Positions 39,603-49,641 of a stretch of DNA of 64,000 nucleotides are shown here, in pieces; the first letter of the stretch is position 1; each line of letters starts with the position of its first letter. A model generated the notes under the pieces. The model saw only the letters and a program-made list of their open reading frames with translations. It had not been told where the DNA came from and searched no databases. The stretch lies in NCBI GenBank assembly GCA_964651655.1, contig CAZYVS010000002.1, positions 29,471 to 93,470 on the forward strand. Reading direction: 5' to 3'. This DNA comes from an uncultured Candidatus Saccharibacteria bacterium. GTDB lineage: Bacteria > Patescibacteriota > Minisyncoccia > Phycocordibacterales > Zambryskibacteraceae. The translations under genes were made by a program, and so were the position numbers.

Positions 39603-41810
39603 TCAAGTAGCAATGCTGATAATCTTATTGGGCACAATAATTATTTTTTTAGGCTCTTTGTTTTTCAACCATTTTTGAACTTCCGGCAGAGCCAGAGCGT
39701 TCGTTTTAATTTCTTCCTCACTCTGACCACGAATAACAAGTAAATCGGCTCTTACTCTGCCATCAATTTGAATAGCTACAGTGATTTCATTTTTGACCAA
39801 TCGTTTTGAATCGTAAGTCGGCCAACTTTGAATATGAACGGAGTCCTTGTGTCCAAGAGAAGCCCACAATTCTTCGGTAATATGCGGAGCAAGAGGCGCA
39901 AGAAGCAAAATTAGAGTCTCAAATTCTTTTTGGGAAATTTCTTTTTGTTTATCCAGAGTGTTGACATAAATCATCAGGGCGGATACGGCAGTGTTGAATC
40001 CCATGGTTTCTATATCATCAGATACTTTCTTTATTGTCTGATACATCAAAGTCTCGCTCTTTAAGGTCTGACCTTTCAAAACCTTGGATTGTAACCTCCA
40101 CACTTTTTCCAAAAACCGGCGCGGCCCAACAAGCGCGTCCTCGCTCCAGGCGATAGTGTGTTCAAAGGGCCCCATAAACATCTCGTAGAGCCGCAGGGTG
40201 TCCGCGCCAAAACGTTCTACTATCGTATCGGGGTTAATGACATTACCCCTTGATTTGCTCATCTTCTCTCCCCCTTCGGCCAGAATCAGTCCGTGTGAAG
40301 TGCGCTTTTTATACGGTTCGCTTGTGGAAACAAGTTTCAAATCGTAGAGAAATTTATTCCAAAACCGCGAATATAATAGATGGAGCACGGTGTGCTCCAT
40401 ACCACCGTTATACCAGTCGACAGGCATAAAATGCTTGAAATTTTCAATTTGTAATTTCCAATTTTCAATAGAAACGGAATGTATAAATCCTACCTTATCA
40501 AAAAGATACGCGAGAAAATACCAAGAAGAGCCGGCCCAATTGGGCATAACATCAGTTTCTCTTTTAGCTCTTCCACCACACTTTGGACATATCACATTCA
40601 CCCATGCATCAATGTTCGCTAACGGTGATTCCCCATCCTCTCTCGGTTGATATTTTTCAACTTGAGGCAGTTCTACCGGCAAATCTTTCTCCGGCACCGG
40701 CACCACGCCGCATTTACCGCAATGAATGACCGGTATCGGTTCACCCCAATAACGCTGACGTGAAAAAATCCAATCACGTAGTTTGTATTTGGTGACTCTT
40801 TTACCAAAATCTTCAAATCCGGCTCTTTTGTATTCATCGATAATTGATAGATTGTGCTTTTTGGCAAACACCATATCGCGTTCGTCATCAGCTGGCACAC
40901 CCATAATCGCGCCAGTACCATAATCGGACATCACATATTCTGCTTCCCAAACCGGAATTTTTTCTTTCGTGGCAGGATTAATGGCATATTCTCCAGTGAA
41001 TTTGTCCTCCTTACCCGCCTTAACTAAGAAAGTAGCTCCGAAAATAGTGTCGGGTCGTGTGGTAAACACTTTTATAGGTTCAAGCTGTAAGCTGTTAGCT
41101 GAAAGCTGAAAGCTGATTTCTACTCCTTCGCTTCTACCGATCCAATTTTTCTGTTGAGTTTTGACCCGTTCCGGATAATCTACATCGTCTAAATCTTTTT
41201 CAAGTCTTTCCGCATATTTGGTAATGGCAAGCATCCATTGTTCTTTCTCTTTTTGCTCAACAGATGCGCCACAGCGTTCGCACCCATTGTCAATTACTTC
41301 TTCGTTGGCTAAACCAATTTTACAGTTCGAACACCAATTGATAGGAATCTTGGCCTTGTACGCCAAACCATTTTCAAGAAATTTTAAAAATATCCATTGC
41401 GTCCATTTATAATACTTTGGATCGGTTGTATTTATTTCCCGTGACCAATCAAAAGAAAGCCCGAGAGACTGAATTTGTCGGCGAAAAGTATCCGTATTTT
41501 CTTTTGTCACTACTTTAGGGTCCTTGCCGGTCTTGAGAGCATAATTTTCCGTCGGCAAACCAAAGGCATCCCAACCGATGGGATATAAAACATTAAACCC
41601 TTCCATTCGGCGTTTGCGAGAGACAATATCCATCGCTGTATAACTCCTGATATGCCCGACATGCAGACCGTCTCCGGATGGATAAGGAAATTCTATTAGC
41701 GTGTAATATTTTGGTTTCTTAGAAGAATCCTGTGCTTGGTAGACGCCAGATTTCTCCCACTCCTTTTGCCATTTCCCTTCAATTTCTTTAGGATTGTACT
41801 CCTTAGCCAT
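39603..41810 (-). CDS. leuS: Leucine-tRNA ligase with shortened CP1 editing domain
   Basis: FPYPSG..HVGH, SRQRYWG, KMSKS. Confidence 0.96.
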   Translation of the reverse strand: MAKEYNPKEIEGKWQKEWEKSGVYQAQDSSKKPKYYTLIEFPYPSGDGLHVGHIRSYTAMDIVSRKRRMEGFNVLYPIGWDAFGLPTENYALKTGKDPKVVTKENTDTFRRQIQSLGLSFDWSREINTTDPKYYKWTQWIFLKFLENGLAYKAKIPINWCSNCKIGLANEEVIDNGCERCGASVEQKEKEQWMLAITKYAERLEKDLDDVDYPERVKTQQKNWIGRSEGVEISFQLSANSLQLEPIKVFTTRPDTIFGATFLVKAGKEDKFTGEYAINPATKEKIPVWEAEYVMSDYGTGAIMGVPADDERDMVFAKKHNLSIIDEYKRAGFEDFGKRVTKYKLRDWIFSRQRYWGEPIPVIHCGKCGVVPVPEKDLPVELPQVEKYQPREDGESPLANIDAWVNVICPKCGGRAKRETDVMPNWAGSSWYFLAYLFDKVGFIHSVSIENWKLQIENFKHFMPVDWYNGGMEHTVLHLLYSRFWNKFLYDLKLVSTSEPYKKRTSHGLILAEGGEKMSKSRGNVINPDTIVERFGADTLRLYEMFMGPFEHTIAWSEDALVGPRRFLEKVWRLQSKVLKGQTLKSETLMYQTIKKVSDDIETMGFNTAVSALMIYVNTLDKQKEISQKEFETLILLLAPLAPHITEELWASLGHKDSVHIQSWPTYDSKRLVKNEITVAIQIDGRVRADLLVIRGQSEEEIKTNALALPEVQKWLKNKEPKKIIIVPNKIISIAT

Positions 41811-41832
41811 ATTGGCTAGTATACCAAAAAGT

Positions 41833-42759
41833 CTATTGTTTCAGTCTTACAGGATAAAGTTCTGGATCAATGGTACGAGAGAAACACTGACGACCGGTTT
41901 CGTGTTGCCAATTTTCATTAATTTTACCCATCGGTTCTGGATAAATTATTCGTGCCGTAGATTCAACATTATTTTGCGACGCCTTATTGAATTCCGCACA
42001 AAGATTGAAGGATAAGGCTCCAGTCCTCTCATATTCATAAGAATTCTTTGTCTGCGGATCAACCGGAGTAATAAATCCGGATATTGGATCTTCCAAGTCA
42101 GCAAGCGTCGCGGGTAGTGTCTCCTTTTGTTGCCAGTAATTCACAATCTGCCACTGAATATTTTGTAAATCAGAAATTTTTTGCGAATCATAACGAAGCA
42201 TGCGTTGACTCTGCGGAGTTCCCAACACGCCAAAACCGGCGGCAATAGAACCGATGACAAGAACCGTTCCCACCAACCTCCAGATATTTCTGCGAGCGCC
42301 TGCCAACCTATCCTTCAAGTCGTCCATAAAGTAACCAAAGATGCATCCGGCCACTATCAAGACGGAAAGGATTTTTAAAAGAAACGCAGTTGTCATCTCT
42401 TGGCCATCAAGGAAGTAGTAGAGAAGAGTTACTAAATCGCCAGCCAACACTCCTCCGGCCAGAAAGAGAGTGATATAGATAAGCCATTTGCGGACAGGAT
42501 AGTCCTTGCGACTCGGATCTTCCGCATATCCTTTTCGAACTATATTTGTCAAAAAAAGAAAAAGTGGAAAGACCACAATAAGCGCTGCCACCGGCAAAGA
42601 AATAAAGGTGGAACTGTAATAAGTATATTGATTGACCTGCGGAAAAGCGGCGTTGATGACACGAAACAAAATGTTTAATAAGGCCACTGTGCCTGCGTAC
42701 AAAAGCGCAATGATAGCAATGTGTAAAAAGAAATCCTTGGCGGTGATTTTGGTATTCAT
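41833..42759 (-). CDS. DUF5671-type membrane protein
   Basis: AKDFFL, RKWLIYITLF, TM helices, DPQT..YEY, LCAEF. Confidence 0.7.
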   Translation of the reverse strand: MNTKITAKDFFLHIAIIALLYAGTVALLNILFRVINAAFPQVNQYTYYSSTFISLPVAALIVVFPLFLFLTNIVRKGYAEDPSRKDYPVRKWLIYITLFLAGGVLAGDLVTLLYYFLDGQEMTTAFLLKILSVLIVAGCIFGYFMDDLKDRLAGARRNIWRLVGTVLVIGSIAAGFGVLGTPQSQRMLRYDSQKISDLQNIQWQIVNYWQQKETLPATLADLEDPISGFITPVDPQTKNSYEYERTGALSFNLCAEFNKASQNNVESTARIIYPEPMGKINENWQHETGRQCFSRTIDPELYPVRLKQ

Positions 42760-42875
42760 AGTTTTAATTATATCAAATATCAAACTCTAAAACATCTGTC
42801 TTTATATTACCAAATTATTATGATAATCTAATAGCAGACCTTAAACTCACTAACTGACAGAAAAAGGGGGTTAAT

Positions 42876-43145
42876 ATGAGTACACCACAGGCTGTGGCGG
42901 ATTTGATTCCGTCCGCTTATGGCTGGTCGAAGCCTAAATTTGCATTCATCGATCACGGCTCGGTTTTCTACAAAACCAGCGCATCGAGCAATGCAGGTGG
43001 GAGCTCACATACTGTATGCTTCCCCGTTAATGTTAACGAAAGGACTCTGCGTGCTGAGGAATCGTGGGAAAGCTTAACGGACGATGTGGTACTGGCCATC
43101 CGGAGTGGAAAGATTCGTTGCGGTGGATTCACTAGTGACCACTAG
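42876..43145 (+). CDS. Orphan protein (89 aa)
   Basis: AAGGGGG SD upstream, hairpin downstream. Confidence 0.5.
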   Translation: MSTPQAVADLIPSAYGWSKPKFAFIDHGSVFYKTSASSNAGGSSHTVCFPVNVNERTLRAEESWESLTDDVVLAIRSGKIRCGGFTSDH

Positions 43146-43174
43146 GCCACCAAACAGCTTCTATTTGTCACGCG

Positions 43175-43209
43175 ATAAGCCCCGTTGAAAGCGGGGTTTA
43201 TTTTCATTT
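43175..43209. terminator. Hairpin between convergent genes
   Basis: AAGCCCCGTT-GAAA-GCGGGGTTT followed by T-rich tail. Confidence 0.65.
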
Positions 43210-44039
43210 CAAATCAAAAACTCAATAACATCTCCGTCTTGGACTACATATTCTTTACCCTCGGTTCGGAGCCAACCCTTCTCACGCGCTTTTGCCAGAG
43301 AACCAGCTTCCATAAGTTTGTCATAATGAATCACTTCGGCCCGAATAAATTTTTCTTGGAAATCGGAGTGGATTGATTTGCCCGCCTCCGGTGCCTTCGC
43401 GTTTCGGCGCGTTGTCCAAGCTCGAGACTCGTCTTCCCCAGTTGTAAAGAAAGTTATGAGATCTAGTAACTTATAAGCCTCCACGATAAGCTTATCTAAA
43501 CCTGTGCCGAAGATGGGATCAACCTCGAGATATGGTCCGGGAAAAGGTTCGACCTTAGATTTTGATTCCCAAGGTCGAACCTTGGGGAGGGCTTCCGAAG
43601 TATTCAAAACATAAAGTGTCGGCTTCTTAATTCCCGCGGCTTCAAGTTCCATATTTATAATCTCAATATCAAAGAGCGGATCAACTTTTTCGTGCACATG
43701 AACGATATCAGGGTCTTCAAAAGTTCGTACCACTTCGATAATAGCATCCACTTCGCGAATATGAGAAAGGAATTTGTTACCAAGTCCTTCCCCTTCCGAG
43801 GCGCCTTTCACAAGTCCGGCAATATCTACAAACTCAACAACAGCTGGAATAGTTTTTTTTGATTTAGACAGGGTAGAAAGTTTCTCCAATCGTTCGTCCG
43901 GCACAGGCACAATACCAACCGAAGGGTCAATGGTGCAGAAAGGATAATTTTCCGCTGGTACAGCCTGCTTCGTCAACGCGTTAAAAAGCGTGGATTTACC
44001 CACATTCGGCAGACCCACGATACCGATTTTTAAGGACAT
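43209..44039 (-). CDS. ychF: YchF ATPase, internally shortened (276 aa)
   Basis: GLPNVGKSTLFN, NYPFCTI, DIAGLVKGAS, TGS domain. Confidence 0.93.
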   Translation of the reverse strand: MSLKIGIVGLPNVGKSTLFNALTKQAVPAENYPFCTIDPSVGIVPVPDERLEKLSTLSKSKKTIPAVVEFVDIAGLVKGASEGEGLGNKFLSHIREVDAIIEVVRTFEDPDIVHVHEKVDPLFDIEIINMELEAAGIKKPTLYVLNTSEALPKVRPWESKSKVEPFPGPYLEVDPIFGTGLDKLIVEAYKLLDLITFFTTGEDESRAWTTRRNAKAPEAGKSIHSDFQEKFIRAEVIHYDKLMEAGSLAKAREKGWLRTEGKEYVVQDGDVIEFLI

Positions 44040-44148
44040 GGCGTTACATTATCACAGACTTTCTAAAAAGACTTTTTGTTGACATATTATTATTTGAGAG
44101 TAATTTAAATGGCGGAAAGAATTGAAAGTAAAAAGAAAGGAGTCGAAA

Positions 44149-44379
44149 ATGCTTTTCGAGAATGTGACTGCGTCTTGGGCAGGATATCAACATGTGGAGG
44201 GATTCCCTCTCTTGCCAAAAATTCTTCCCACCCAGAGTTCCTACAAGAACGGTGGAGTTCAAATCACTAAAACTAAGTGGTTGAAAACAGTAAGGTGGGC
44301 TCGTGTATGGCGAAGAGTAGGTCGAGATTCAGCAGGAAAACACATCTGGAAATGGAAGGATGCATACTGGATTGAATAA
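44149..44379 (+). CDS. Orphan Trp/Arg/Lys-rich protein
   Basis: TTGACA upstream, SD GAAAGGAG before ATG 44149, terminator after. Confidence 0.55.
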   Translation: MLFENVTASWAGYQHVEGFPLLPKILPTQSSYKNGGVQITKTKWLKTVRWARVWRRVGRDSAGKHIWKWKDAYWIE

Positions 44380-44401
44380 CGGTTAAATACACACGAGTCT
44401 G

Positions 44402-44441
44402 GGGTCAGGCTAACTACCTGACCCTTTTCGTTTTATTTTTT
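44402..44441 (+). terminator. Intrinsic terminator
   Basis: GGGTCAGG/CCTGACCC stem plus T-tract. Confidence 0.8.
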
Positions 44442-44475
44442 TAAATAACTTTATAGATTTTTTGAAATTACTTTC

Positions 44476-45903
44476 TTAGATATATGTTTCTATTATTTCC
44501 CTTAAATAAGCCAGAAACACATCAATATTCATACTCCACCTTAAATAAGTGCCTCTTAGAAAACCGTATTTCTTTTCTTTAATTGGTTGTGAATAATTAA
44601 AAGTTTTGACGCCAAAACCGCCAAAATATTTTCGGACGTAATAATTTAATCCGGCCTCCACTCTGTATTTATATTTAAAGTAATACGGCAATTTCTCCCA
44701 CACTTCCCGTGTCAGTGCGCGCTCCCCGGAATTTATGGCAAATAAATGCACGGTTTTTTGCATTATATTTCCACGCAATCCTATAAACATAGAAAACTTG
44801 CCGTCTATTACTGGTGTAATTATGTCTTGAATAATTTCCTTGGTTATATTTATCAAATCAGCATCGCAAAAAAAGAGGATACTAGCATTAGTCGATCGGA
44901 CTCCCCTTTCCATTGATTCCGCCTTGCCGATATTTTTGTCGTTGCGTAAATATTTTACATCTTTGAATTTTTTGACTATTTCTTCCGTACTATCAATCGA
45001 CCCATCATCCACAACTATAATCTCATCTATAACATTTACTTTTGTGATAACTTCAAGAACATTTCCAATCCGTGGCGCTTCATTGTAAGAAGGAACGATG
45101 GCGACAACTCTTTTCGGCTGTTGGATTAGATTGGAAAAAAGACTGTTAGATTCGACAAAATTTATTATTTCTTCATAGATCTCGCTTTCCGCTTCGGAGA
45201 AAAAAATATTATGCGAAAGAAAATTATGTTGCCTGGTGGAAAATCGTCTCTTCTTCTTTATGATTGAACCCAGATTATTATGCAAAATATCCAAAGAATC
45301 CCGACGGCTTATACTATCGGTGTTTGAACTGATTGAAATTGTCGGGCAGATAACATTAGATATATTCTTTTGCAATTCATTACTTGCTCGTTTTAAAATA
45401 CTTAGCCCATTTCCATGTATGTATGAGTAACTAAATAATCCCTCGCGCATCTCTCTTTTTCTCGCGGATATATTTAATTTTTTCCAATACTTAATATGTT
45501 TTCCCGCCAGAGCCAGCCCTTTTGAATTAAAAGGAAACTTGAGTACATATGGAGAATATATGTTAAAAAGACCATTCACTGAATATTTTGAAGCTAGTAG
45601 TAAAGCAAAAAGTCCTCCCAAACTGACACCGCCTATCACTATCTCGCGTCCCAGTTTTATATCTTTTTCCAATTCTACAGTAAGTGCATTAATCAGGTCT
45701 TCATACGTCACATCATCCAGATCTTCAACTTTTGTCCCATGTCCGGGTAATAATATTATTCGCACGTTAGCATCAAACTTTTGATTTAAGAGATAAGGCA
45801 ATTTCTTAAAATCGGTTGGACTTCCCGTATAACCATGAACTAAAAAGAATTCTCTGTTTGAATCCGTTTTTAATTCGATTGAGGTGATGTTTTTTGTAAC
45901 CAT
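44476..45903 (-). CDS. Carboxylesterase (alpha/beta hydrolase) fused to family-2 glycosyltransferase
   Basis: HGYTG, LPGHG, GVSLG; then VPSYNE, VDDGSID, FCDAD; start set at ATG 45903. Confidence 0.82.
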   Translation of the reverse strand: MVTKNITSIELKTDSNREFFLVHGYTGSPTDFKKLPYLLNQKFDANVRIILLPGHGTKVEDLDDVTYEDLINALTVELEKDIKLGREIVIGGVSLGGLFALLLASKYSVNGLFNIYSPYVLKFPFNSKGLALAGKHIKYWKKLNISARKREMREGLFSYSYIHGNGLSILKRASNELQKNISNVICPTISISSNTDSISRRDSLDILHNNLGSIIKKKRRFSTRQHNFLSHNIFFSEAESEIYEEIINFVESNSLFSNLIQQPKRVVAIVPSYNEAPRIGNVLEVITKVNVIDEIIVVDDGSIDSTEEIVKKFKDVKYLRNDKNIGKAESMERGVRSTNASILFFCDADLINITKEIIQDIITPVIDGKFSMFIGLRGNIMQKTVHLFAINSGERALTREVWEKLPYYFKYKYRVEAGLNYYVRKYFGGFGVKTFNYSQPIKEKKYGFLRGTYLRWSMNIDVFLAYLREIIETYI

Positions 45904-46490
45904 TTTTTGACTCGTATCGATGCCACTCTCATTATGACCATAAACAGAACCAGAACAACACCGACCAAAAAAACTTCTAGAGTAATATTGCCAGAAAAAT
46001 AAGTAACGGTCTTTATACCCTTGCCCGTGGCCCACCCTAACGCTGAAATAAAGCCGACCCAAACAAAATTAGAAAGTAACGAGTATTTGAAGAAATCTCT
46101 AAAAGATAAACGCTCTCTGGCTAGATACATGATGGTCGCTATTCGAAAGCCATAAAAAAATTTTGTCATAAAAAGAGCCTGAAAATCATTTTTCCGCGTG
46201 GTGACATCCAATAATCTCCCCCAATGTTCGTAAGCTGAAGAAATAAATTTTAACCTTATCAACCAAGCAAAGATTCTGGACTTACCAAGCATATACCAAA
46301 GCGTATCTGAAACCATAATACCTAAGTAAAAAAATATTAAGATGTATGCTAAATTTAAAGTACCTGCCACAGAATATATAGAAAGTAACACCAGAACCTC
46401 TTCACCGCCAATAATTGCACCTAAAAAAGAAACAATGGGCGTATTCTCGCCGAAAAAAATTAATAACCGAGAGACCAGATCCATACTCAT
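45870..46490 (-). CDS. DedA-family membrane protein
   Basis: GEE, SDTLWYMLGK, KFFYGFR pattern. Confidence 0.75.
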   Translation of the reverse strand: MSMDLVSRLLIFFGENTPIVSFLGAIIGGEEVLVLLSIYSVAGTLNLAYILIFFYLGIMVSDTLWYMLGKSRIFAWLIRLKFISSAYEHWGRLLDVTTRKNDFQALFMTKFFYGFRIATIMYLARERLSFRDFFKYSLLSNFVWVGFISALGWATGKGIKTVTYFSGNITLEVFLVGVVLVLFMVIMRVASIRVKKWLQKTSPQSN

Positions 46491-46526
46491 ATACAGTATC
46501 AGATTCTATCTGCTTTGTATCAAATA

Positions 46527-47123
46527 TTATTTTGCCCTTCGGCCGAGATTGTAAACCTTGCGTTTGATGCGTTCGCGACGAGCAATAGAGCCGAAGTGTT
46601 TAAGATAACCAAATTTGCGAACATAAATAGGTCCAAATCCCGCAAACCATAAAATCCCCTTCCTTAATTCGTTAGTGGTATCGCCGAAAATGAGTCGCTG
46701 GGCAAAGGGAATGGTATCGGAAGTCACGAACATGGTAGCGCTTCTGCCTTTCAAAAGTTTTGCCCAAGAGAACTCACTGGTAAATTTATAGGCAAAATTT
46801 GGCAACCACGCTCTGTCAAAAACACCTTTCAAAAGAGCCGGCATAGTGGACCACCATGAGGGATAAAAAATAACAAAATGGTCGCACCAGCGTACGTTAT
46901 CTTGAAAGGCAAGCAAATCCGGTTCAAGTTCTTGCTTTAATCTGTAGCCGTGATGTAACACCGGGTCAAATTGCATTTCATCAATATTGATACGACGCAC
47001 CTCATGCATAGCCTCTTCCGCTCCCCTCTGATATTCGTCCGCTAAAGTGCAATTGAAACTATCTTTGTCCGGATGACCAACTAGAATAAAAATTTTTTTC
47101 TTCTTATTTCCAAATACAGACAT
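46527..47123 (-). CDS. NAD(P)H-dependent oxidoreductase, flavodoxin-2 fold
   Basis: GHP..SFN, YPSWWSTMPALLKGVFDR. Confidence 0.88.
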   Translation of the reverse strand: MSVFGNKKKKIFILVGHPDKDSFNCTLADEYQRGAEEAMHEVRRINIDEMQFDPVLHHGYRLKQELEPDLLAFQDNVRWCDHFVIFYPSWWSTMPALLKGVFDRAWLPNFAYKFTSEFSWAKLLKGRSATMFVTSDTIPFAQRLIFGDTTNELRKGILWFAGFGPIYVRKFGYLKHFGSIARRERIKRKVYNLGRRAK

Positions 47124-47126
47124 TTT

Positions 47127-47150
47127 ATTTATAATAAGTTTATTGAATTA
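47127..47150 (-). repeat. Degenerate copy 6 of the stop-codon-anchored motif
   Basis: TAATTCAATAAACTTATTATAAAT; 4 transitions from copy 3, same position relative to the stop. Confidence 0.6.
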
Positions 47151-47378
47151 TTTCATTAATTTCTGTAATTCAGCCTGATACTCGCGCATCACCACCATAG
47201 TAGCCGCCATCTCACTCTGACCGGCTTCCACTCTTTTTTGCACCTCGTCTCCAATTTTCTTAAAAAAGTCCGGATGTTTCTCCATAAGTCCAAGAATAAG
47301 ATCGCGTTCCGCTGCCGGCGCATCTTTCATTTTCGCCTTCATGGCTTGCCGGAGAAAAAAGTTTTTGATCTTTCCCAT
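47148..47378 (-). CDS. Small helical hypothetical protein
   Basis: TATACT 8 nt before ATG 47378; amphipathic helices. Confidence 0.7.
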   Translation of the reverse strand: MGKIKNFFLRQAMKAKMKDAPAAERDLILGLMEKHPDFFKKIGDEVQKRVEAGQSEMAATMVVMREYQAELQKLMK

Positions 47379-47405
47379 ACAGTTTAAGTATACCAAATTA
47401 ATCCG

Positions 47406-48320
47406 TTACTTGATGCCACAGAGTGTTTGTAATTTAACAAGTTCGGTTTTTGATAAGATTCCGGCTTCGCTTTCATTCAAGCGATACATTATGGCCTCCG
47501 AATCATCGACGTGCTCAAGGCCGAGAGCATGTCCGAATTCGTGCGCCAAGACTCGCACCAATTTATCCCGACTACTGAACTCGTAAACGTTAATTTCCTG
47601 CGCCCTTTCATCACTATGATAGATTCCTCCGACAAATGTCTCGCCGCGCGAGGCGCCGATCGTGTTATAAGTTTCCACGTTTAGATTGAGCGAGCGGGCC
47701 AGATTATTGAGCGTTTCCACGAGAGGATTGATCTCCCCGACCAGTTCGTTAAGTTGCGCTTCTAGGGATTTTAATTCTAATATTTCCCGCTCGAGAGCCG
47801 TTCTTTGCGCCTCCAACTGGTCAAATTGTTTCCGAGAAGTTCTCTGTCCCTTATTCCAAGATTCAACCTGTTTTTGATAGACTGCGTTTTTTTCGTTTAA
47901 CGTCTCAACGCGCGCATCATAGATATTTTTAGTATTATTGTATTTTTCTTTCAGGTCAAGATATTTCGCTCGCAATATTTGATACGCTGTCTCATTTTTT
48001 GCCACAACATTCTCAAGATTAGAAAGGGTGCCTGTTGTTTCTTGCCTGTAATCATAGACAAGATTGACTGCCAACTCGCTGTTTTCCGGAGAGTATACGA
48101 AAAGCTCTTTTCCAATTGGCTTTTCCCAAATTGCTTCGGCTTCTGTAAGCGCACTCAAAAAAGTTTGATACGAGATACCAAATTTTCTGTCAAAAGTACC
48201 AACGTTGTAGGCAATCGGTTTTTCACACGCGAGAAAAACTTCAATGGACCTTGGATAACTCCACACGATTATGCCAATTCCGAAAACAAGAATCACAAGC
48301 GCCGCCATTTTAAAGTTCAT
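47406..48320 (-). CDS. Matrixin-family metalloprotease with coiled-coil insert
   Basis: HEFGHALGLEH and AIMY Met-turn. Confidence 0.85.
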   Translation of the reverse strand: MNFKMAALVILVFGIGIIVWSYPRSIEVFLACEKPIAYNVGTFDRKFGISYQTFLSALTEAEAIWEKPIGKELFVYSPENSELAVNLVYDYRQETTGTLSNLENVVAKNETAYQILRAKYLDLKEKYNNTKNIYDARVETLNEKNAVYQKQVESWNKGQRTSRKQFDQLEAQRTALEREILELKSLEAQLNELVGEINPLVETLNNLARSLNLNVETYNTIGASRGETFVGGIYHSDERAQEINVYEFSSRDKLVRVLAHEFGHALGLEHVDDSEAIMYRLNESEAGILSKTELVKLQTLCGIK

Positions 48321-48324
48321 AAAT

Positions 48325-48897
48325 TTATTTTACTGAATTTTTCAATTCTTTATAGCGAAAGCAGGATTGAATATGGTCGTTAATCATGCCAACCGCCTGC
48401 ATGTGCGCGTAAATAACAGTCGGACCGAGAAATTTGAAACCGCGTTTCTTCAAATCCTTGGCCAGCGCGATCGACTCTTTGGTGATGGCTGGCAAATCTT
48501 CCGAACTTCGGCATTTACCGTCTAGCGGTTGGCCTTTTACAAAACTCCACATATATTTGCTGAAAGTGCCAAACTCCTTTTGCACTTCCAGAAATCTTCC
48601 GGCATTATTAATGGCCGCTTCAATCTTTAATCGGTTTCTGACAATGTTGGCGTTTTTGATGAGTTTAACAATTTTTCCAGCGTCAAACTGCGCCACTAGG
48701 CGCGGTTCAAAACCAGCGAAAGCCTGCCGGTAACCTTCTCTTTTATTCAAGATTGTGAGCCAAGAGAGCCCGGCTTGCGCGCTCTCAAGAATCAGAAACT
48801 CAAAAATCTTTCTGTCGCTCTTCACCGGTTTGCCCCACTCTTGGTCGTGGTATCTTACCATCAAAGGATTGCCCTTTGGCCACGAACAAGTGCCCAC
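48325..48897 (-). CDS. tag: DNA-3-methyladenine glycosylase I
   Basis: YHDQEWG, LESAQAGLSW, KRGFKFLGPT, NDH...C. Confidence 0.95.
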   Translation of the reverse strand: MGTCSWPKGNPLMVRYHDQEWGKPVKSDRKIFEFLILESAQAGLSWLTILNKREGYRQAFAGFEPRLVAQFDAGKIVKLIKNANIVRNRLKIEAAINNAGRFLEVQKEFGTFSKYMWSFVKGQPLDGKCRSSEDLPAITKESIALAKDLKKRGFKFLGPTVIYAHMQAVGMINDHIQSCFRYKELKNSVK

Positions 48898-48901
48898 GGA
48901 G

Positions 48902-49081
48902 TTATTTCTTATTATCTGTTTTTTTATTTTTACCGGGAAGAATACGGTACATACCCGTACCGCAAACTGGGCACTTGCCCTTGGCGGCCGGACGGCCGGG
49001 TTTTATCTCAACTTTCTTCGCATCCTTCATCTCGCGCTTTGTTTTACACTTCACACAATATCCAATGACTTTTTCGTCCAT
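48902..49081 (-). CDS. Small zinc-ribbon protein, DUF5679-like (59 aa; not in ORF track)
   Basis: Manual translation MDEKVIGYCVKCKTKREMKD...GKCPVCGTGMYRIL. Confidence 0.8.
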   Translation of the reverse strand: MDEKVIGYCVKCKTKREMKDAKKVEIKPGRPAAKGKCPVCGTGMYRILPGKNKKTDNKK

Positions 49082-49130
49082 AAATTATATATAAATGATT
49101 AAATATGGTACCGGTTGTTATTATATCATA

Positions 49131-49179
49131 GGAAAAGCCCCGCGCCACGACCTGTAAAGACAGGTCCGGCGCGGGGCTT
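49131..49179 (-). terminator. Long GC-rich hairpin after receiver gene
   Basis: AAGCCCCGCGCC..GACCTGT/ACAGGTC.GGCGCGGGGCTT. Confidence 0.75.
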
Positions 49180-49184
49180 ATAGA

Positions 49185-49571
49185 CTAGGAACTGCCGGCA
49201 TCCGAGAGCAGAGCGACTAGACCGTTCACCGAGAACGGCTTTGACAAAAAGCATGCATCATACTTGACGCACATTTCCTCCAGCTCTTCTTGGCCACCCC
49301 CACTCATGAGAATGAACGGGGTTTGAGCAATGGGTCTAGGGTCGTTACGGATGTTAAGCAACAACCCAATTCCATTCATCTCCGGCATGTTGTAGTCCGA
49401 GATGATGATGTCAAACTTCTCTCCTCGATTAAGAAGTTCCCACGCCTCTTTGCCGTCGCTGGCTGTTACAACATCGTAACAGCCATCGTCTAGTATGGTC
49501 GCGATCGACACCAAGACACTCTCGGTGTCATCCACCACCAAAATTCTTGTCTTAGCTTTCATAGCTTTCAT
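49185..49571 (-). CDS. Single-domain response regulator (receiver)
   Basis: ILVVDD, SDYNMPEMNG, SKPF. Confidence 0.9.
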   Translation of the reverse strand: MKAMKAKTRILVVDDTESVLVSIATILDDGCYDVVTASDGKEAWELLNRGEKFDIIISDYNMPEMNGIGLLLNIRNDPRPIAQTPFILMSGGGQEELEEMCVKYDACFLSKPFSVNGLVALLSDAGSS

Positions 49572-49641
49572 ACGGCCTCCATTTCTGTTGTTAGACTAAA
49601 ACTCTGTCTAGTGATGAGATTACCACGGTTATATAAGAAAG

